A DNA stretch of 64,000 nt, from assembly GCA_951406725.2 (NCBI GenBank), contig OX597823.1, forward strand, positions 47,802,001 through 47,866,000, read 5' to 3'. Below, piece by piece: positions 11,121 through 25,404 of this stretch. A program made the translations under genes and the position numbers. Below the pieces are notes generated by a model that saw only the letters and a list, made by a program, of their open reading frames with translations, searched no databases and was not told where the DNA came from. This stretch comes from Octopus vulgaris. Taxonomy: Eukaryota. How positions within the stretch are numbered: position 1 is the stretch's first letter; each line of letters begins with the position of its first letter.

Positions 11121-13393
11121 TTTTCTTTCTACATGCCACCCTAAAAACATCGCCATTCCCGCCCGTTTCTCTAAAGTTCAACCTTCGCACCGTTTAAATG
11201 TTTTGAACTTATAACCACCAATCTGCTTTGCTTTCCTTTTCTTTCTACATGCCACCCTAAAAACATCGCCATTCCCGCCCGTTTCTCTAAAGTTCAACCT
11301 TCGCACCGTTTAAATGTTTTGAACTTATAACCACCAATCTGCTTTGCTTTCCTTTTCTTTCTACATGCCACCCTAAAAACATCGCCATTCCCGCCCGTTT
11401 CTCTAAAGTTCAACCTTCGCACCGTTTAAATGTTTTGAACTTATAACCACCAATCTGCTTTGCTTTCCTTTTCTTTCTACATGCCACCCTAAAAACATCG
11501 CCATTCCCGCCCGTTTCTCTAAAGTTCAACCTTCGCACCGTTTAAATGTTTTGAACTTATAACCACCAATCTGCTTTGCTTTCCTTTTCTTTCTACATGC
11601 CACCCTAAAAACATCGCCATTCCCGCCCGTTTCTCTAAAGTTCAACCTTCGCACCGTTTAAATGTTTTGAACTTATAACCACCAATCTGCTTTGCTTTCC
11701 TTTTCTTTCTACATGCCACCCTAAAAACATCGCCATTCCCGCCCGTTTCTCTAAAGTTCAACCTTCGCACCGTTTAAATGTTTTGAACTTATAACCACCA
11801 ATCTGCTTTGCTTTCCTTTTCTTTCTACATGCCACCCTAAAAACATCGCCATTCCCGCCCGTTTCTCTAAAGTTCAACCTTCGCACCGTTTAAATGTTTT
11901 GAACTTATAACCACCAATCTGCTTTGCTTTCCTTTTCTTTCTACATGCCACCCTAAAAACATCGCCATTCCCGCCCGTTTCTCTAAAGTTCAACCTTCGC
12001 ACCGTTTAAATGTTTTGAACTTATAACCACCAATCTGCTTTGCTTTCCTTTTCTTTCTACATGCCACCCTAAAAACATCGCCATTCCCGCCCGTTTCTCT
12101 AAAGTTCAACCTTCGCACCGTTTAAATGTTTTGAACTTATAACCACCAATCTGCTTTGCTTTCCTTTTCTTTCTACATGCCACCCTAAAAACATCGCCAT
12201 TCCCGCCCGTTTCTCTAAAGTTCAACCTTCGCACCGTTTAAATGTTTTGAACTTATAACCACCAATCTGCTTTGCTTTCCTTTTCTTTCTACATGCCACC
12301 CTAAAAACATCGCCATTCCCGCCCGTTTCTCTAAAGTTCAACCTTCGCACCGTTTAAATGTTTTGAACTTATAACCACCAATCTGCTTTGCTTTCCTTTT
12401 CTTTCTACATGCCACCCTAAAAACATCGCCATTCCCGCCCGTTTCTCTAAAGTTCAACCTTCGCACCGTTTAAATGTTTTGAACTTATAACCACCAATCT
12501 GCTTTGCTTTCCTTTTCTTTCTACATGCCACCCTAAAAACATCGCCATTCCCGCCCGTTTCTCTAAAGTTCAACCTTCGCACCGTTTAAATGTTTTGAAC
12601 TTATAACCACCAATCTGCTTTGCTTTCCTTTTCTTTCTACATGCCACCCTAAAAACATCGCCATTCCCGCCCGTTTCTCTAAAGTTCAACCTTCGCACCG
12701 TTTAAATGTTTTGAACTTATAACCACCAATCTGCTTTGCTTTCCTTTTCTTTCTACATGCCACCCTAAAAACATCGCCATTCCCGCCCGTTTCTCTAAAG
12801 TTCAACCTTCGCACCGTTTAAATGTTTTGAACTTATAACCACCAATCTGCTTTGCTTTCCTTTTCTTTCTACATGCCACCCTAAAAACATCGCCATTCCC
12901 GCCCGTTTCTCTAAAGTTCAACCTTCGCACCGTTTAAATGTTTTGAACTTATAACCACCAATCTGCTTTGCTTTCCTTTTCTTTCTACATGCCACCCTAA
13001 AAACATCGCCATTCCCGCCCGTTTCTCTAAAGTTCAACCTTCGCACCGTTTAAATGTTTTGAACTTATAACCACCAATCTGCTTTGCTTTCCTTTTCTTT
13101 CTACATGCCACCCTAAAAACATCGCCATTCCCGCCCGTTTCTCTAAAGTTCAACCTTCGCACCGTTTAAATGTTTTGAACTTATAACCACCAATCTGCTT
13201 TGCTTTCCTTTTCTTTCTACATGCCACCCTAAAAACATCGCCATTCCCGCCCGTTTCTCTAAAGTTCAACCTTCGCACCGTTTAAATGTTTTGAACTTAT
13301 AACCACCAATCTGCTTTGCTTTCCTTTTCTTTCTACATGCCACCCTAAAAACATCGCCATTCCCGCCCGTTTCTCTAAAGTTCAACCTTCGCA
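11121..13393. repeat. Perfect 116-bp tandem array, ~19.6 copies
   Basis: Unit ttttctttctacatgccacc...ctttgctttcc starts at 11121, 11237, ... 11701, ... 13325. No variant seen between copies. Confidence 0.97.
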
Positions 13394-13657
13394 TATTCCC
13401 GGTGCACCCGCCCTTGCCCACCCCCACCACCAATACCGGATATCTCTATATTTTTGTTCCATCTATACCGGATGTCGCTTCTCCCACCACCATTATAGGT
13501 GTCTACTCTTCGAACCCCCCTCTTCAACACGCTATTTCACCATGCATTACCCTCTCTTGATATCCTACGTTCTACTTGCCTAGAACCTGTCATCATTTCT
13601 CTGAACCACCCCTCCCCACTGGTGCTCCCCTATATATTTCTGCATCCCCCCCCACAT

Positions 13658-13901
13658 AAAAAGCACCATCCGAACGTGGCCGATGCCAGACCCCTCTGGC
13701 ACCTGTGCAGGTGGCACGTAAAAAACACCCACTACACTCGCGGAGTGGTTGGCGTTAGGAAGGGCATCCAGCTGTAGAAACACTGCCAGACTAGACTGGA
13801 GCCTGGGGCAGTCCCGAGCTCCCCAGACCCCGGTCGAAACCGTCCAACCCGTGCTAGCGCGGAAAACGGACGTTAAACGATGATGATGATGATGATGATG
13901 A
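13658..13901 (+). mobile_element. SINE family C 3' part with (GAT)n tail
   Basis: ggcacgtaaaaaacacccactacactc...ggttggcgttaggaagggcatccagc...ggacgttaaacgatgatg. Related copies at ~17910-18180(-), ~18470-18610(-), ~25040-25330(+), ~40210-40505(+). Confidence 0.8.
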
Positions 13902-14024
13902 TATATGGGTTATGAGAGGTAATGGTGTCAATAAGACCCAAAGGTGTCAGGTAATGCTGAGTAAGTGCTATGGACAGACTATAGTTAAGCTCCAGGTTTG
14001 GTGATTATGCGAATGAGGATTCCA

Positions 14025-14061
<37 letters not shown>

Positions 14062-14812
14062 AAAACATCAGATTCTCAAAAAATATAAGTAATGAGGTTG
14101 ATGCTTTTGACTAAACCATTCAAATCTGTGTTCCATCTTGGCTGCTGTCCAATGACTGAAACATGTAAGAGAGTAAAAGATTAAATAAGCAGTTTGTATC
14201 CATATTTTCAACCTCACTCCTATATTTTCAATTATTGAACTCTACAAAGGAAAACCTCAAACTGGCACTCCATTCACTAGTTACGATGATGAGGCTTCCA
14301 ATTGATTAGATCAAAGCAACAGCCTGCTCATGAAATTAAAGTGCGAGTGGCTGAGTACCCCACAGATGCATGTCTTTGACATTAGTTCTCAAGGAGATTC
14401 AGTATGATACAAGTGAATAAATAGATACAACGATTATTGAAGAGGTTGCAAGAAGCAACGGAAATTTTAGGAAAAATGAATGAGTGGAAATCAAACCGGT
14501 GAGTGTGTTAATTAATAAGGCATTAAAACAGAATGACTCTCCCCAGACTCAATAAATGTATAACATAATTTTCAAAGGAAAAAATAAGACTTACAGAGGC
14601 AATTTATCTTTTACATTACTTTAAATATAAAAACGGAAGTCCATTGGTTATGATGATGATTGTTTTGGTTGTTACGATCAACAGAACAGCCTGGTCATGA
14701 TATTAAAGTGCAAGTGGCTGAGCACTCCCTGGACAGGCATACCCTTAATGCAATACTTATTTCACAGGTTGTGAAGCAGTGACGGGGAACAAACACAAAT
14801 ACAAAGTTATAT

Positions 14813-14848
14813 ACACACACAGACACAGACACAGACAGACAGACACAC

Positions 14849-14944
<96 letters not shown>

Positions 14945-15137
14945 CGATAGGTAGATAGATAAATAGATAGGTAGATAAATAGATAGATAGACACACAGAC
15001 AGAGATAAATAGATAGATAGATAGGTATATATGTAGGTAGGTAGGTAGAAGTAGATAGATAGATAGGTAGGTAGGTAGGTATGTACATACGTAAGTACAT
15101 GGGTAGATAGATAGATATATATATATATAGATAGATT

Positions 15138-15179
<42 letters not shown>

Positions 15180-15318
15180 CAGATAGATAGATAGATAGAT
15201 AGATAGATATTTAGATAGATAGATAGATAGGAAGGTATGTAGGTAGGTAGGTAGGTGGTAGATAGATATATAGATACATAAATAGGTAGGTAAGTACGTA
15301 TGTAGGTATATAGGTAAG

Positions 15319-15359
<41 letters not shown>

Positions 15360-15390
15360 TGATAGGTAGGTAGGTAGGTAGGTAGGTAGG

Positions 15391-15422
<32 letters not shown>

Positions 15423-15610
15423 TAGATAGACAGATAGATAAATAAACATATAGATGGGTAGACAGACATAAATCGATACATAGATACATGCAACATATGC
15501 ACACACAACACACACACATACACACACATAGACACACACATACACACTCACACGAGCACACACACACATACACACTCACACGAGCACACACACACATACA
15601 CACACATACA
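14813..15610. repeat. Compound (GATA)n/(GGTA)n/(CA)n microsatellite
   Basis: Direct reading. Confidence 0.95.
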
Positions 15611-15919
15611 TATAGCTTCTTTTTGTTTCTATCTTCCAAACTGATTCACAAGGATTTAGTCAGCCTGGGGTTATAGTAGAAGACACTTGCCAAAGGTGCT
15701 ATGCAGTGAGATTGAACCTGGAACCAGGTGTTTGGGAAGTAAACCATTTTACATCACAGTTGGATAAATTTTTAAATATTTGGCAATTATAGTTGAACAT
15801 AACACAGAGACAACTTAACTAAACCTTTGCCAGTTTAATTTAATGACATATCACACTTTGAACCTCAAGGGACAAAATCAATTTAGCCCGATGTCTATTC
15901 ATTTATTTAAGTCATAGCA

Positions 15920-15930
15920 GCCGCCATTTT
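15920..15930. promoter_or_regulatory. YY1-type motif GCCGCCATTTT in a small CpG-retaining unique patch
   Basis: Matches the CCGCCATNTT consensus. Several CpGs at ~15885-16195 against a CpG-poor background. Confidence 0.3.
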
Positions 15931-16914
15931 CCCAGACTAGTAAATTAGAATAGTCACAATTAAATATCTTCGCTAAAGAATTATTTTGTTGTGAGATTTG
16001 AACCCGTAAACTCTTGATAGTTTCAGAATACAAATTGAGTTTCAGATAAAATCAAAATTTTTACTGTGGGTTTGAAAACTAAAAGAAGTAATTACAAGTT
16101 CTGTTAAAACTATTATTTATAACAATGTCGTTTCTTAATGTGTGTCCGCTTATACTTTAAACTTATAGTGTTTGGTGTTTGTGTTGGAACCGAAATGTTC
16201 AGAACAAACATTAAGGAAAAGATGTTAGCTAAAAATATTGTTATTTTGTGATATTATACAAGATTTATTGCATGCTGCATCATCTTGTCTTTCAGTAAGT
16301 TTGCATGCAATTTAGTCAAACTAGCTTGCTTCTTCACACTTGAAAAAATCTGACTTTACCAAGACAAGGCTGTTGACAAACTGCCAAAAGCAAATATATC
16401 TAAACTGTTTAGTTCACTCTTTCCTTTGAATAACTAAACCATCTTTTATAATCTAAAAGAATTGTTCAAACAACATGATAGAAAGAAGAGTTATTGGTCA
16501 GCTGCTCATAAGCGATAAAGATTGACTGAAAATTTCCCTGTCATTTCTTATCTCATCTCATTTTCTGACTATTGCCAATATTAAGTTGATAGTCTTGTGA
16601 ACTGATCCCTTCAGTTGGCATCAAATATTATTGGTCAGCTCTCGATGTTTCTCTCTACCAATGAATGGATTAACTCATATGCATCAAGGCTTTTTAACAA
16701 TGTATTTCTTACTATTGTGACCAATATAGTCTGCAAACCTGAATGACTATAATTCTCTATCAATCAATAATTCTAGTTTGGCAAATACAACTATATATTA
16801 GACTTCTATTTTGATGTACATCTGCAATATAATCTGCAGGGTTTGTTCATGAGAGAAGAAGAAAAATGAATAAAAGGTCTCTCATAATTACTGAGAAGAA
16901 ATACACTAATACTT

Positions 16915-16970
<56 letters not shown>

Positions 16971-19084
16971 TATCGTCGTCGTTGTCGTTGTCATTGTCAT
17001 CATCATCATCATCATCATAACTAAACTGAATTTATCATTAAAAGTTCAACCAACTCTATGCTAACATGGGTTGGATAGGTTTATGATTGGATAGGTTTAT
17101 GTATTTTTTTTTTTGTTCTTTCTGAAAAAATACAAACTTCTAAATTCTTCTCTACTTACCCCAGGGTTAATTTTACTCATTCTAGTCCATAGACTGTTTA
17201 GTTGTTTAGAATTGGTGTTCAGCTTCACATGACATATTTCTCATCACAAACCAGTAATGGAGACCCTACATACAGCTGTTTGACCTGTCAGAAGCAGTAA
17301 CCAAATGCTACTCATATTGCTTTCAAATTTTGGCACAAGGTCAGCATGTTTCGGGGAGGGGATATGTCGATTATATAAACTCCAGTGCTTGACTAGTACT
17401 TATTTCATCGACCCCTGAAAGGATGAAAGGCAAAGTCAACCTCAGTTGGATTTGAACTCAGAACATAAAGAAGGATTTTGCTCAGCATGCTAACAATTTT
17501 GCCAGATGACTACCTTTTAAATGCTAGTCATATTACATGCTATCATCTGGGACAGTAAAAACTGTAGTCCAGGATATAAAAGAGGATGGGAGGGCTATTG
17601 TTGGTATGCTTTTGATCTGATCATAGATCTGTTTGATCAAATATGACCTGGGGTTAAAGAGTAATCATGATGATTATTGCAATAAAGTGGCTACTGCAGG
17701 AATCAAGATGATTCATGTGATGTCCACTTTATACAATATGATTTGTCTGTCAACTTCAAATTTAGATCTGTGGTTCCAAAGCTGAAAAATACCAAATTTT
17801 CTCTCCAGAAAATATAAGTGAAATTTTTTAACCACCTTCCTCCCTTACCACTGCCAACCACCTTTGTGGAAGACAAAAGGATTTTGCCTCATCATCATCA
17901 TTACATCATAATCATCATTGTTTAGCGTTTTCCATGCTGGCATGGGTTGGCTGGCTTGATAGGAGCTGGCCAGTCAGGGAAATGTCCAGACACCAAATTG
18001 CCTGTTGTGGCATGGTTTCTACAGCTGGATGCCTTTCTTAATGCCAATCACTTTACAGAGTGTGCAGGTGCTTTTGTAAGTGCCAGCATGAGTGCATTTT
18101 ACATGGCACCAGCACTTGTAAAGGACAAGCCTGTACGTATGGGTGACGACAATTTTATTTGGCATATGATTTTCCTTTCTTTCACTTTTAAAAAGTTTGA
18201 AACCATCTGGATATTATCAAACATGGCAATTGTGTGCTTTCTTTTCAATTGTCAGCTTCCACTGTTATGGAGGCCACCTACCATTTTCCTTCTCATGAGA
18301 GATGGTGGTCGAGTCAACATTTGGTCATAGAAAAATCGGACAACTTTAAAAACTGATTTTTCAAAAGTCTTATGACACTGTGAAAGACACAAAGAATTTG
18401 AGAATTTAAAATTCACTTTACATTTCAATATTGAAAAATGATAATTCAAATAAGTTGTTCTAATACATCATCATCATTGTTCCATACTGGCATGGGTTTG
18501 ACAGGATCTAATGTGTCCAAGAACTGCATCCAGCACCAGTGTCTGCTTTGACATGGTTGCTATGGCCAGATGCCCTTTATAATGCCAACCACTTTACAGT
18601 GTGGACTGAGTACTTTATTTTTTTTCTCCTGTTCCCTCCACTGTTGAGGTCACCATGAAGTTTGCAGGACTATGAGCCCTGGGGAGAAATGGTGGGGTGA
18701 GGTCAACTTCATATTAAGGTACAAGGTGGGGATTATTATGGGAGTGGGGAGCAGGGCTGGTTCCCGCAGAGAGATCTGCATGGCTACTCACAAAATGTAG
18801 GGGAAAATGGGAACGATAAAAAGTGGAAGAGAAAATGATCAGATGGAGCTGTAAAACATAGATAATGGTGATAAAGAAATATATTCTACAGATATATAAC
18901 TGTCTAACTAATTATGAAAATATCACAAGGTATTGTTGTTTAACTCCAGGTCAACACTAATTGTGCAAATTTATGATCAAAGTTTTTCTAGCTGTGACCT
19001 TCCAATTTTTTTCTTGGGGCAAATTGTAATCCAATATCTCCAAGTGGCTGAGAAATATTGATTTTTATTTTTTTTACAAATAAT

Positions 19085-20950
19085 ATTTCTGTAACTTCTA
19101 AAACGTTTTGAGCTGGCAGAATTCAATAACACATCAGGCAAAACGCTTAGTGACATTTTGTCTGTCTTTACATTCTGAGTTCAAATTCTGCAGAGGTCAA
19201 CTTTACCTTCCTTTCTTCCTTTGGGGTAGGGGTCAATAAAATAAGTACTAGTCGAGCACTAATCAGCTTACCCACTCCTTCAAAATTGCTGGCTTTGTGT
19301 CAAATTTTGAAACCAATATTTTTGTAAGGTCTGGTATTTATTTCTCACATTTATAGCCCATAGGGTTAAGTATTCTACTTATAAGTTCTAAAGCAGCGAG
19401 CTGGCCGAATCGATAGCACATCAGGCAAAATGCTTAGCAGCGTTTTTGTCTGTCTTTACATTCTGTGTTCAAATTCTGTCAAGGTTAACTTTACCTTTCA
19501 TCCTTTTGCGGTTGATAAAATAAATATCAGTTGAGCACTAGGGTTGATGTAATCGACTTAACTCTCCACCCCAAATTGCTGGCCTTGTGTCAGATTTTGA
19601 AACCAATATTTCTGTAAGGTTTGGTATTATTCAGCACATCTGTTGCTCATAGAGTTAAGTGCTCTGCCTATAAACACAATAAAATATTTGAATGCTAGAT
19701 TTATTCTTACACAGTTATCATTAAAACAGTAGAATGTAGGGTAACACTTCTAAGCATTGATGTGCATAAATACAAGCTTGTCACCATTTCAAATCTGCTT
19801 GAGGTATATTTGAACCCATAAGAAAGTCATTCAGTGTATTTTGTCACTGAGAAAATTTTACACTGTAGATAAATATGTGTAAATACACAGAGTCAGCTCA
19901 CAGTGGAACCTAGCCAGACTGTGGGAGGCATGCATTTCAGAGTAGTTATCTCTCCTTCAACCACAGAAACCAGAAAGGCAGATACTGCAAATTAACTTAA
20001 AACACAGGTCCCTCATATGATATTCCTGTCATTGTTCTATGACTGGTTGAGCTATTCAGCAGCTAGCCATAAATAAAATATGAGGTGACAGCACTATGCA
20101 GTTATGTATGTAAATACAAACTAGTTACCAGTTCAAATATGTTTTAGGCATAATAGAACCTCTAAGAAAGCCATTTGCTGTGTTTTGTCGTTGAGAAAAT
20201 TTCTCACTGTAGACTAATAGGTATAAATTCCCTGAGTCATCTCACAGTGCCACTAAACCAGATTGGTGAATGCACACATTTCAGTGTGGTTAGCTCCCTT
20301 TTAGCCACAGAGCCTGGAAAGGCAGACTCTATGAATTGACATGAGAGACAGGCCCCTCTTATGATATTCCTATAAGTGTTCAATGACTGGTTGTGCTATT
20401 CAGCAGCTAGCTGTAAATAAAGTAGAGGGTGACAATGCTAAGCAGCAATGTGTACGAATACAAACTTGTTACCAGTTTAAATATGCTTGAGCCATATTCA
20501 AACTGGTAAGAAAGCCATTTGCTGTCTTTTGTCATGGAGAAAATTTCTCACTTTAGACAAATAGGTGTAAATACACACTGTGAGTCAGCTCACAGTGCCA
20601 CTTAACCAGATTTTGAAACCAATATTTTTGTAAGGTCTGCTATTTATTTCTCACATCTGTAGCCCATAGAGTTAAGTGTTCCACTAATAAGTTCTAAAGC
20701 GGTGAGCTGGCAGAATCGATAGCACATCAGGCAAAATGCTTAGCAGCGTTTTGTCTGTCTTTACATTCTGTGTTCAAATTCTGTCAAATTCTGTCAAGGT
20801 TGACTTTACCTTTCATCCTTTTGCGGTTGATAAAATAAATATCAGTTGAGCAACCATTTCAGAGTGGTTATCTGCTTTTTAACCACAAAACTTGTGGGAA
20901 GGCAGATTCCCCTCATCTTTCAATGACTGGTTGTACTATTCAACACAATA
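19085..20950 (+). repeat. Interleaved degenerate local duplications: SINE-B plus flank unit (~285 bp, three times) and a ~345-bp unit (~2.5 copies plus a fragment)
   Basis: ttttgaaaccaatattt..gtaagg at ~19305, ~19596 and ~20611; aatacaa.ct.gt.acca at ~19769, ~20114 and ~20457. Confidence 0.8.
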
Positions 20951-21172
20951 GCAGAATGGACTACATGCTTCATAATTTGTAATGTACCAATTTGCTAACT
21001 TGTATATTTTCAAGTGTAAAAACCACACTTTGATAACTGTAATAAATGTTTGCCCATAAATTCCTCTGAGAAGAGAAAAAGTACAAAATGACTTGACATT
21101 CTTTCAGTTCTAGTTTATACAACCTCGCTCAGAAGTTATGAACCTTGCATTTACTCCAAGCAGAAAGATATA

Positions 21173-21373
21173 CAGAGTCCACCAAAAAAATGTATACACA
21201 CTTTAGGAAAGGAAAAATCTGTATAAATATTTTAATTCAGTTGTTATCGTAATTTATTTAGTGTTATTGCAATTCAATAAAACATTGAAAGAGATATTTA
21301 TACAAGTTAAATATTTATATAGATTTTTTTTTTCTTTCCTGAAGTGTGTATACAGTTTTTTGGGTGGACTCTG
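21173..21373. mobile_element. Tc1/mariner-type MITE (201 bp)
   Basis: ~60-bp imperfect TIRs cagagtccacc...gtatacacactt / aagtgtgtatac...ggtggactctg, with TA on both sides. Confidence 0.88.
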
Positions 21374-23597
21374 TATAGCTAGCTATTTACAGCCTCTAAA
21401 TCAGATGGTTGAGCTAAACTGGTAAATCCAATTTGCTAACCCATGCTAGCATGGAAAGCGGACGTTAAACGATGATGATGATGAATACAAAACTAGAATT
21501 TAATGAAGTAATTACTGGTTCTAAATTTTGGCACAAGGCCAGTGAGTTTGGGAGAGGGGGTAAGCTGATTACCTCGACCCCAGTGCTCAACTGATACTTA
21601 TTTTATCAACCCCAAAAGGATGAAATGCAGCCTCAGCAGAATTTGAACTCGGAACATAAAGAGGGACAAAATGCCATTGAACATTTTGCCTGGCATGCTA
21701 ACAATTCTGCCAGCTCATCACCTTTTTACTGAGTTAATTATTAATACACTAAACAAGGTGAAAGCGTGGCTGTGTGGTGGAAGTTTGCTTCTAAACCACA
21801 TGATTCAGAGTTCAATCCCACTGCATGGCAACTTGGGCAAATGTCTTCTACTATAACCTTTGGGCTACTAAAGCTTTGTGAGTGGATATGGTAAAGAGAA
21901 ACTGAAAAAAGTCTATTATATATATATATATATATATCAACAATTGCAGCATGGAAGGTGTTTATAAGCCATTTTGTGCCATCTTTGTGTTTGTGCTCAT
22001 CTCTCACCACCACATGACAACCAGTGTTGTTTTGTTCACATCCGTATAAAAAAAATTTTTTTTAATTGATGGAATAAATACTGAATTTAAAAGAGAAAGA
22101 TAAGTAGTAGGGTCAGTTTGTTTGACTAAACCCTTTAAGGCAGGGCCCAAGCATGGCTGCAGTGTAATGACTGAAACAAGTAAAAGGTAAAAAAAAAAAA
22201 AGAGCCCCAGATTTGAATAACCTGAATTGTATGACAAGGTATATCTTGTTTTCTGGGCATCATTGTAGAGTTCTTTATATTTGTATTGAATACTCTATGG
22301 CACAGGTTAATAATCATTTCATCCTTTTGAGGGCAGAAGATTAAGCTTTATGGTATTTAGCTTTGCTGGTCTGAACATCTCTATGATGATTATGTAGGCA
22401 GGGAGTCTATGTAATAAAAGAAAAAAAAAGCACCTTTTCACTCAATAATATACCTTTCTAAGCAAAAATTAATCTTATTCTTGTTCAAAGGAGCTGAAGT
22501 GAGTCTCATTCCCCTGCATGATTTCCCAGGAAAATATGGACAAAAGTGTATGTTTTAGGTTGTAATTTTTCTTCTTGGTGACAATATGAAACTTTTTATC
22601 ATTTTTAAAGTAAGAAAAGTAAAAACCCAAAGCCTTAAAATAAGGAACAAAATATAAATTGCTGGTGTATGACCTTCCAATACCATCTAAAATGGCAATA
22701 GCTTTGTTCTGAGTTTAGGGAAGTATATACATAAATACCCGTTTCTCAGCACTAACAGCATCAGAAATGCACTTGAATACACAACAAGCTGTCAGACAAT
22801 GCAAATATCAAATGAAAGAGATTCACAAGTAAGTTTATTTCCCTAAATAGATTAGCAAGAGAAATAGTGACTCTTGATGAAGAGACTACTGTCAGTGGTG
22901 GAAATATTCTTTAGTCAAGTAAACAACAGATAGATGAAGCAGCAAAAGTACAATAGATAAGGAATGTAATGAGTGGAAGAAATTCAAAGAACCTTCTTCC
23001 AATCCTTATTACTTTATGTTTTTCTTATGCATAGAAAATAGGTTGAATAAGAATATACTGAAATAGGATTGTAAATAATGGAATAAAAGATAGAGAAAAG
23101 AGTAAGGATATATGGAAACACCTTAAATATATTCTTCTGAATTTTTTTTTTATTAGCATTTAAAACTCTCAGACATTGCATTGGTTCATCTTTATTCTTT
23201 CTTTCACTGCTATCATTGATTACTTTAGATGTTACTGCCGCTAGCTTAGCAATCTTTGTTGTATTTACCTTAGAGGTTCTCACATATAAAAGATAAATTT
23301 ACTGAGTTGTCAAATCACATTTGGTTTACTGTTTCTTTCTTTTGTCTTTCATATCAAACTTGATGTTTTAATGTTAACATAGGCTGGATGGATCTGAAAA
23401 TTTTTAGTTCAAGTGTTTTACTGTGGGATGCCTATTTGTGAGAATCAAAAAAAGAAAAAAGAAAAGGAAAAAAACTTAAGCAAATTGTAAACGATGATTT
23501 TGTAATAATTCTCTAAAGCCATAGTAATCTTATAGATTTTGCCAGACATTTAAAGATTATAAGGTTTAACATTGAATATTTATTTACACATAAACAC

Positions 23598-23867
23598 AGG
23601 TGTGGCTGTGAGGTTAAGGAGCTTGCTTACCAACTATGTGGTCTTGGTATATGTCTCTTCTATAGCCCTGGGCTGGCCAAAGCCTTGAGAGTAGACTTGG
23701 TAGACGGAAAGTGAAAGAAGTCCACTTGCTTATGAACCGCATGGTTCCGGGTTCAGTCCTACTGTGTGACACCTTGGGCAAGAGTCTTCTACTATAACCT
23801 CGGGCTGACCAAAGCCTAGTGAGTGGATTTGGTAGATGGAAACTGAAAGAAGCCCATTATATATATG

Positions 23868-23917
<50 letters not shown>

Positions 23918-24190
23918 CGTTTGCGTGTCTGTGACTGTCTCCACAACATTGCTTGACAACCAATGCTGGTGTGTTTACATCCCCGTAACTTAGTGGTTCG
24001 GCAAAAAACACCAATAGAATAAGTACTAGGTTTACAAAGAATAAGTCCTTTGGCCGATTTGCTCGACTAAAAGGTGGTGCTCCAGCATGGCCACAGTCAA
24101 ATGACTGAAACAAGTAAAAGAGCAAAAGAGTAAAAGAGTATACACATATATACGTGTGTATGTGGTGTGCATGTGTGAGTGTATGGGTGA

Positions 24191-24223
<33 letters not shown>

Positions 24224-24821
24224 TGCATGCATGTGTGTGTGTGTGTGCATGTGTGTGCCTCTTTGTGCTTATGTTATACCTGTAACTCACTATTGCTTGG
24301 AAACTTAGCAGTTCAGCTAAAAACAAAGACAGAATAAGTACTATGTTTAAAAAAATAAGTAGTGGGCCCTATTTGATTGATAAAACCCTTGAAGGTGCTG
24401 CTCCAGCATGGCTGCAGTCCAATGACTGAAACAAGTAAAAGGTAAAAGATAAATGATATATCTGCGTAGGTAAAATTAGAGTAAAGAATTTGACTTCCTA
24501 TAGAAGATATTTCAATAAATTGTACAGGGACAGAATCACCATTGCTATTCAGACCTTCAATTTACTGTTTGGTATCACTAAGGAGATTAAGAATATGTTC
24601 TCTTTTACTCTTTTACTTGTTTCAGTCATCTGACTGCGGCCATGCTGGAGCACCGCCTTTAATCGAGCAACTCGACCCCGGGACTTATTCTCTTGTAAGC
24701 CCAGTACTTATTCTATCAGTCTCTTTTGCCTAACCGCTAAGTAACGGAGACATAAACACACCAGCATCGGTTGTCAAGCAATGCTAGGGGGACAAACACA
24801 GACACACAAACACACACACGC

Positions 24822-24852
<31 letters not shown>

Positions 24853-25016
24853 TACGACGGGCTTCTTTCAGTTTCCATCTACCAAATCCACTCACAAGGC
24901 TTTGGTTGGCCCGAGGCTATAGTAGAAGACACTTGCCCAAGGTGCCACGCAGTGGGACTGAACCCGGGAACATGTGGTTGGTAAATAAGCTACTTACCAC
25001 ACAGCCACTCCTTCGC
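23598..25016. mobile_element. Cluster of SINE family A copies (+: ~23598-23722, ~23725-24138, tail ~24255-24450; -: ~24600-25016)
   Basis: Family A head, core and tail motifs; the minus copy retains most CpGs (young). Confidence 0.8.
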
Positions 25017-25366
25017 AACATAATAACAGAATGAAGAAATATGTGAGTCTATTGTTGTGCTTGAAAAGACATGTCAAGCTAAGTGAAATCATTGTCGTGG
25101 CCAGTGCTGGTGACACATAAAAGGCACCTGCACCAGTGATATGCAAAATGGACCCACTATACTCTGTGGAGTGGTTGGCATTAGAAAAGGGCATCCAGCC
25201 ATAGAAACATAAAAGTCAAACTAGACTGGAGCCTGGTGCAGCTCTCCGGCTTATCAGTCAAACTGTCTTACCCATGCCAGTATGGAATATGGATGGATAA
25301 TGATGAAGATGATGATGATGATGATGATGATATGTGTGTATTCATATGTGTATGTGTGTGTGTATG

Positions 25367-25404
<38 letters not shown>

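Noticed and set aside
11121-13393. CRISPR-like array
   Set aside because: Units are fully identical with no unique spacers, there are no cas genes, and the context is eukaryotic.
14695-15676. Long YLSI/IYLS ORFs (and the many YIYI/CVCV ORFs elsewhere)
   Set aside because: Translations of GATA, TA and CA microsatellites.
22752-22828. Possible plus-strand exon (ctcag...gtaagt)
   Set aside because: Weak acceptor, unrecognisable peptides, no partner exons.
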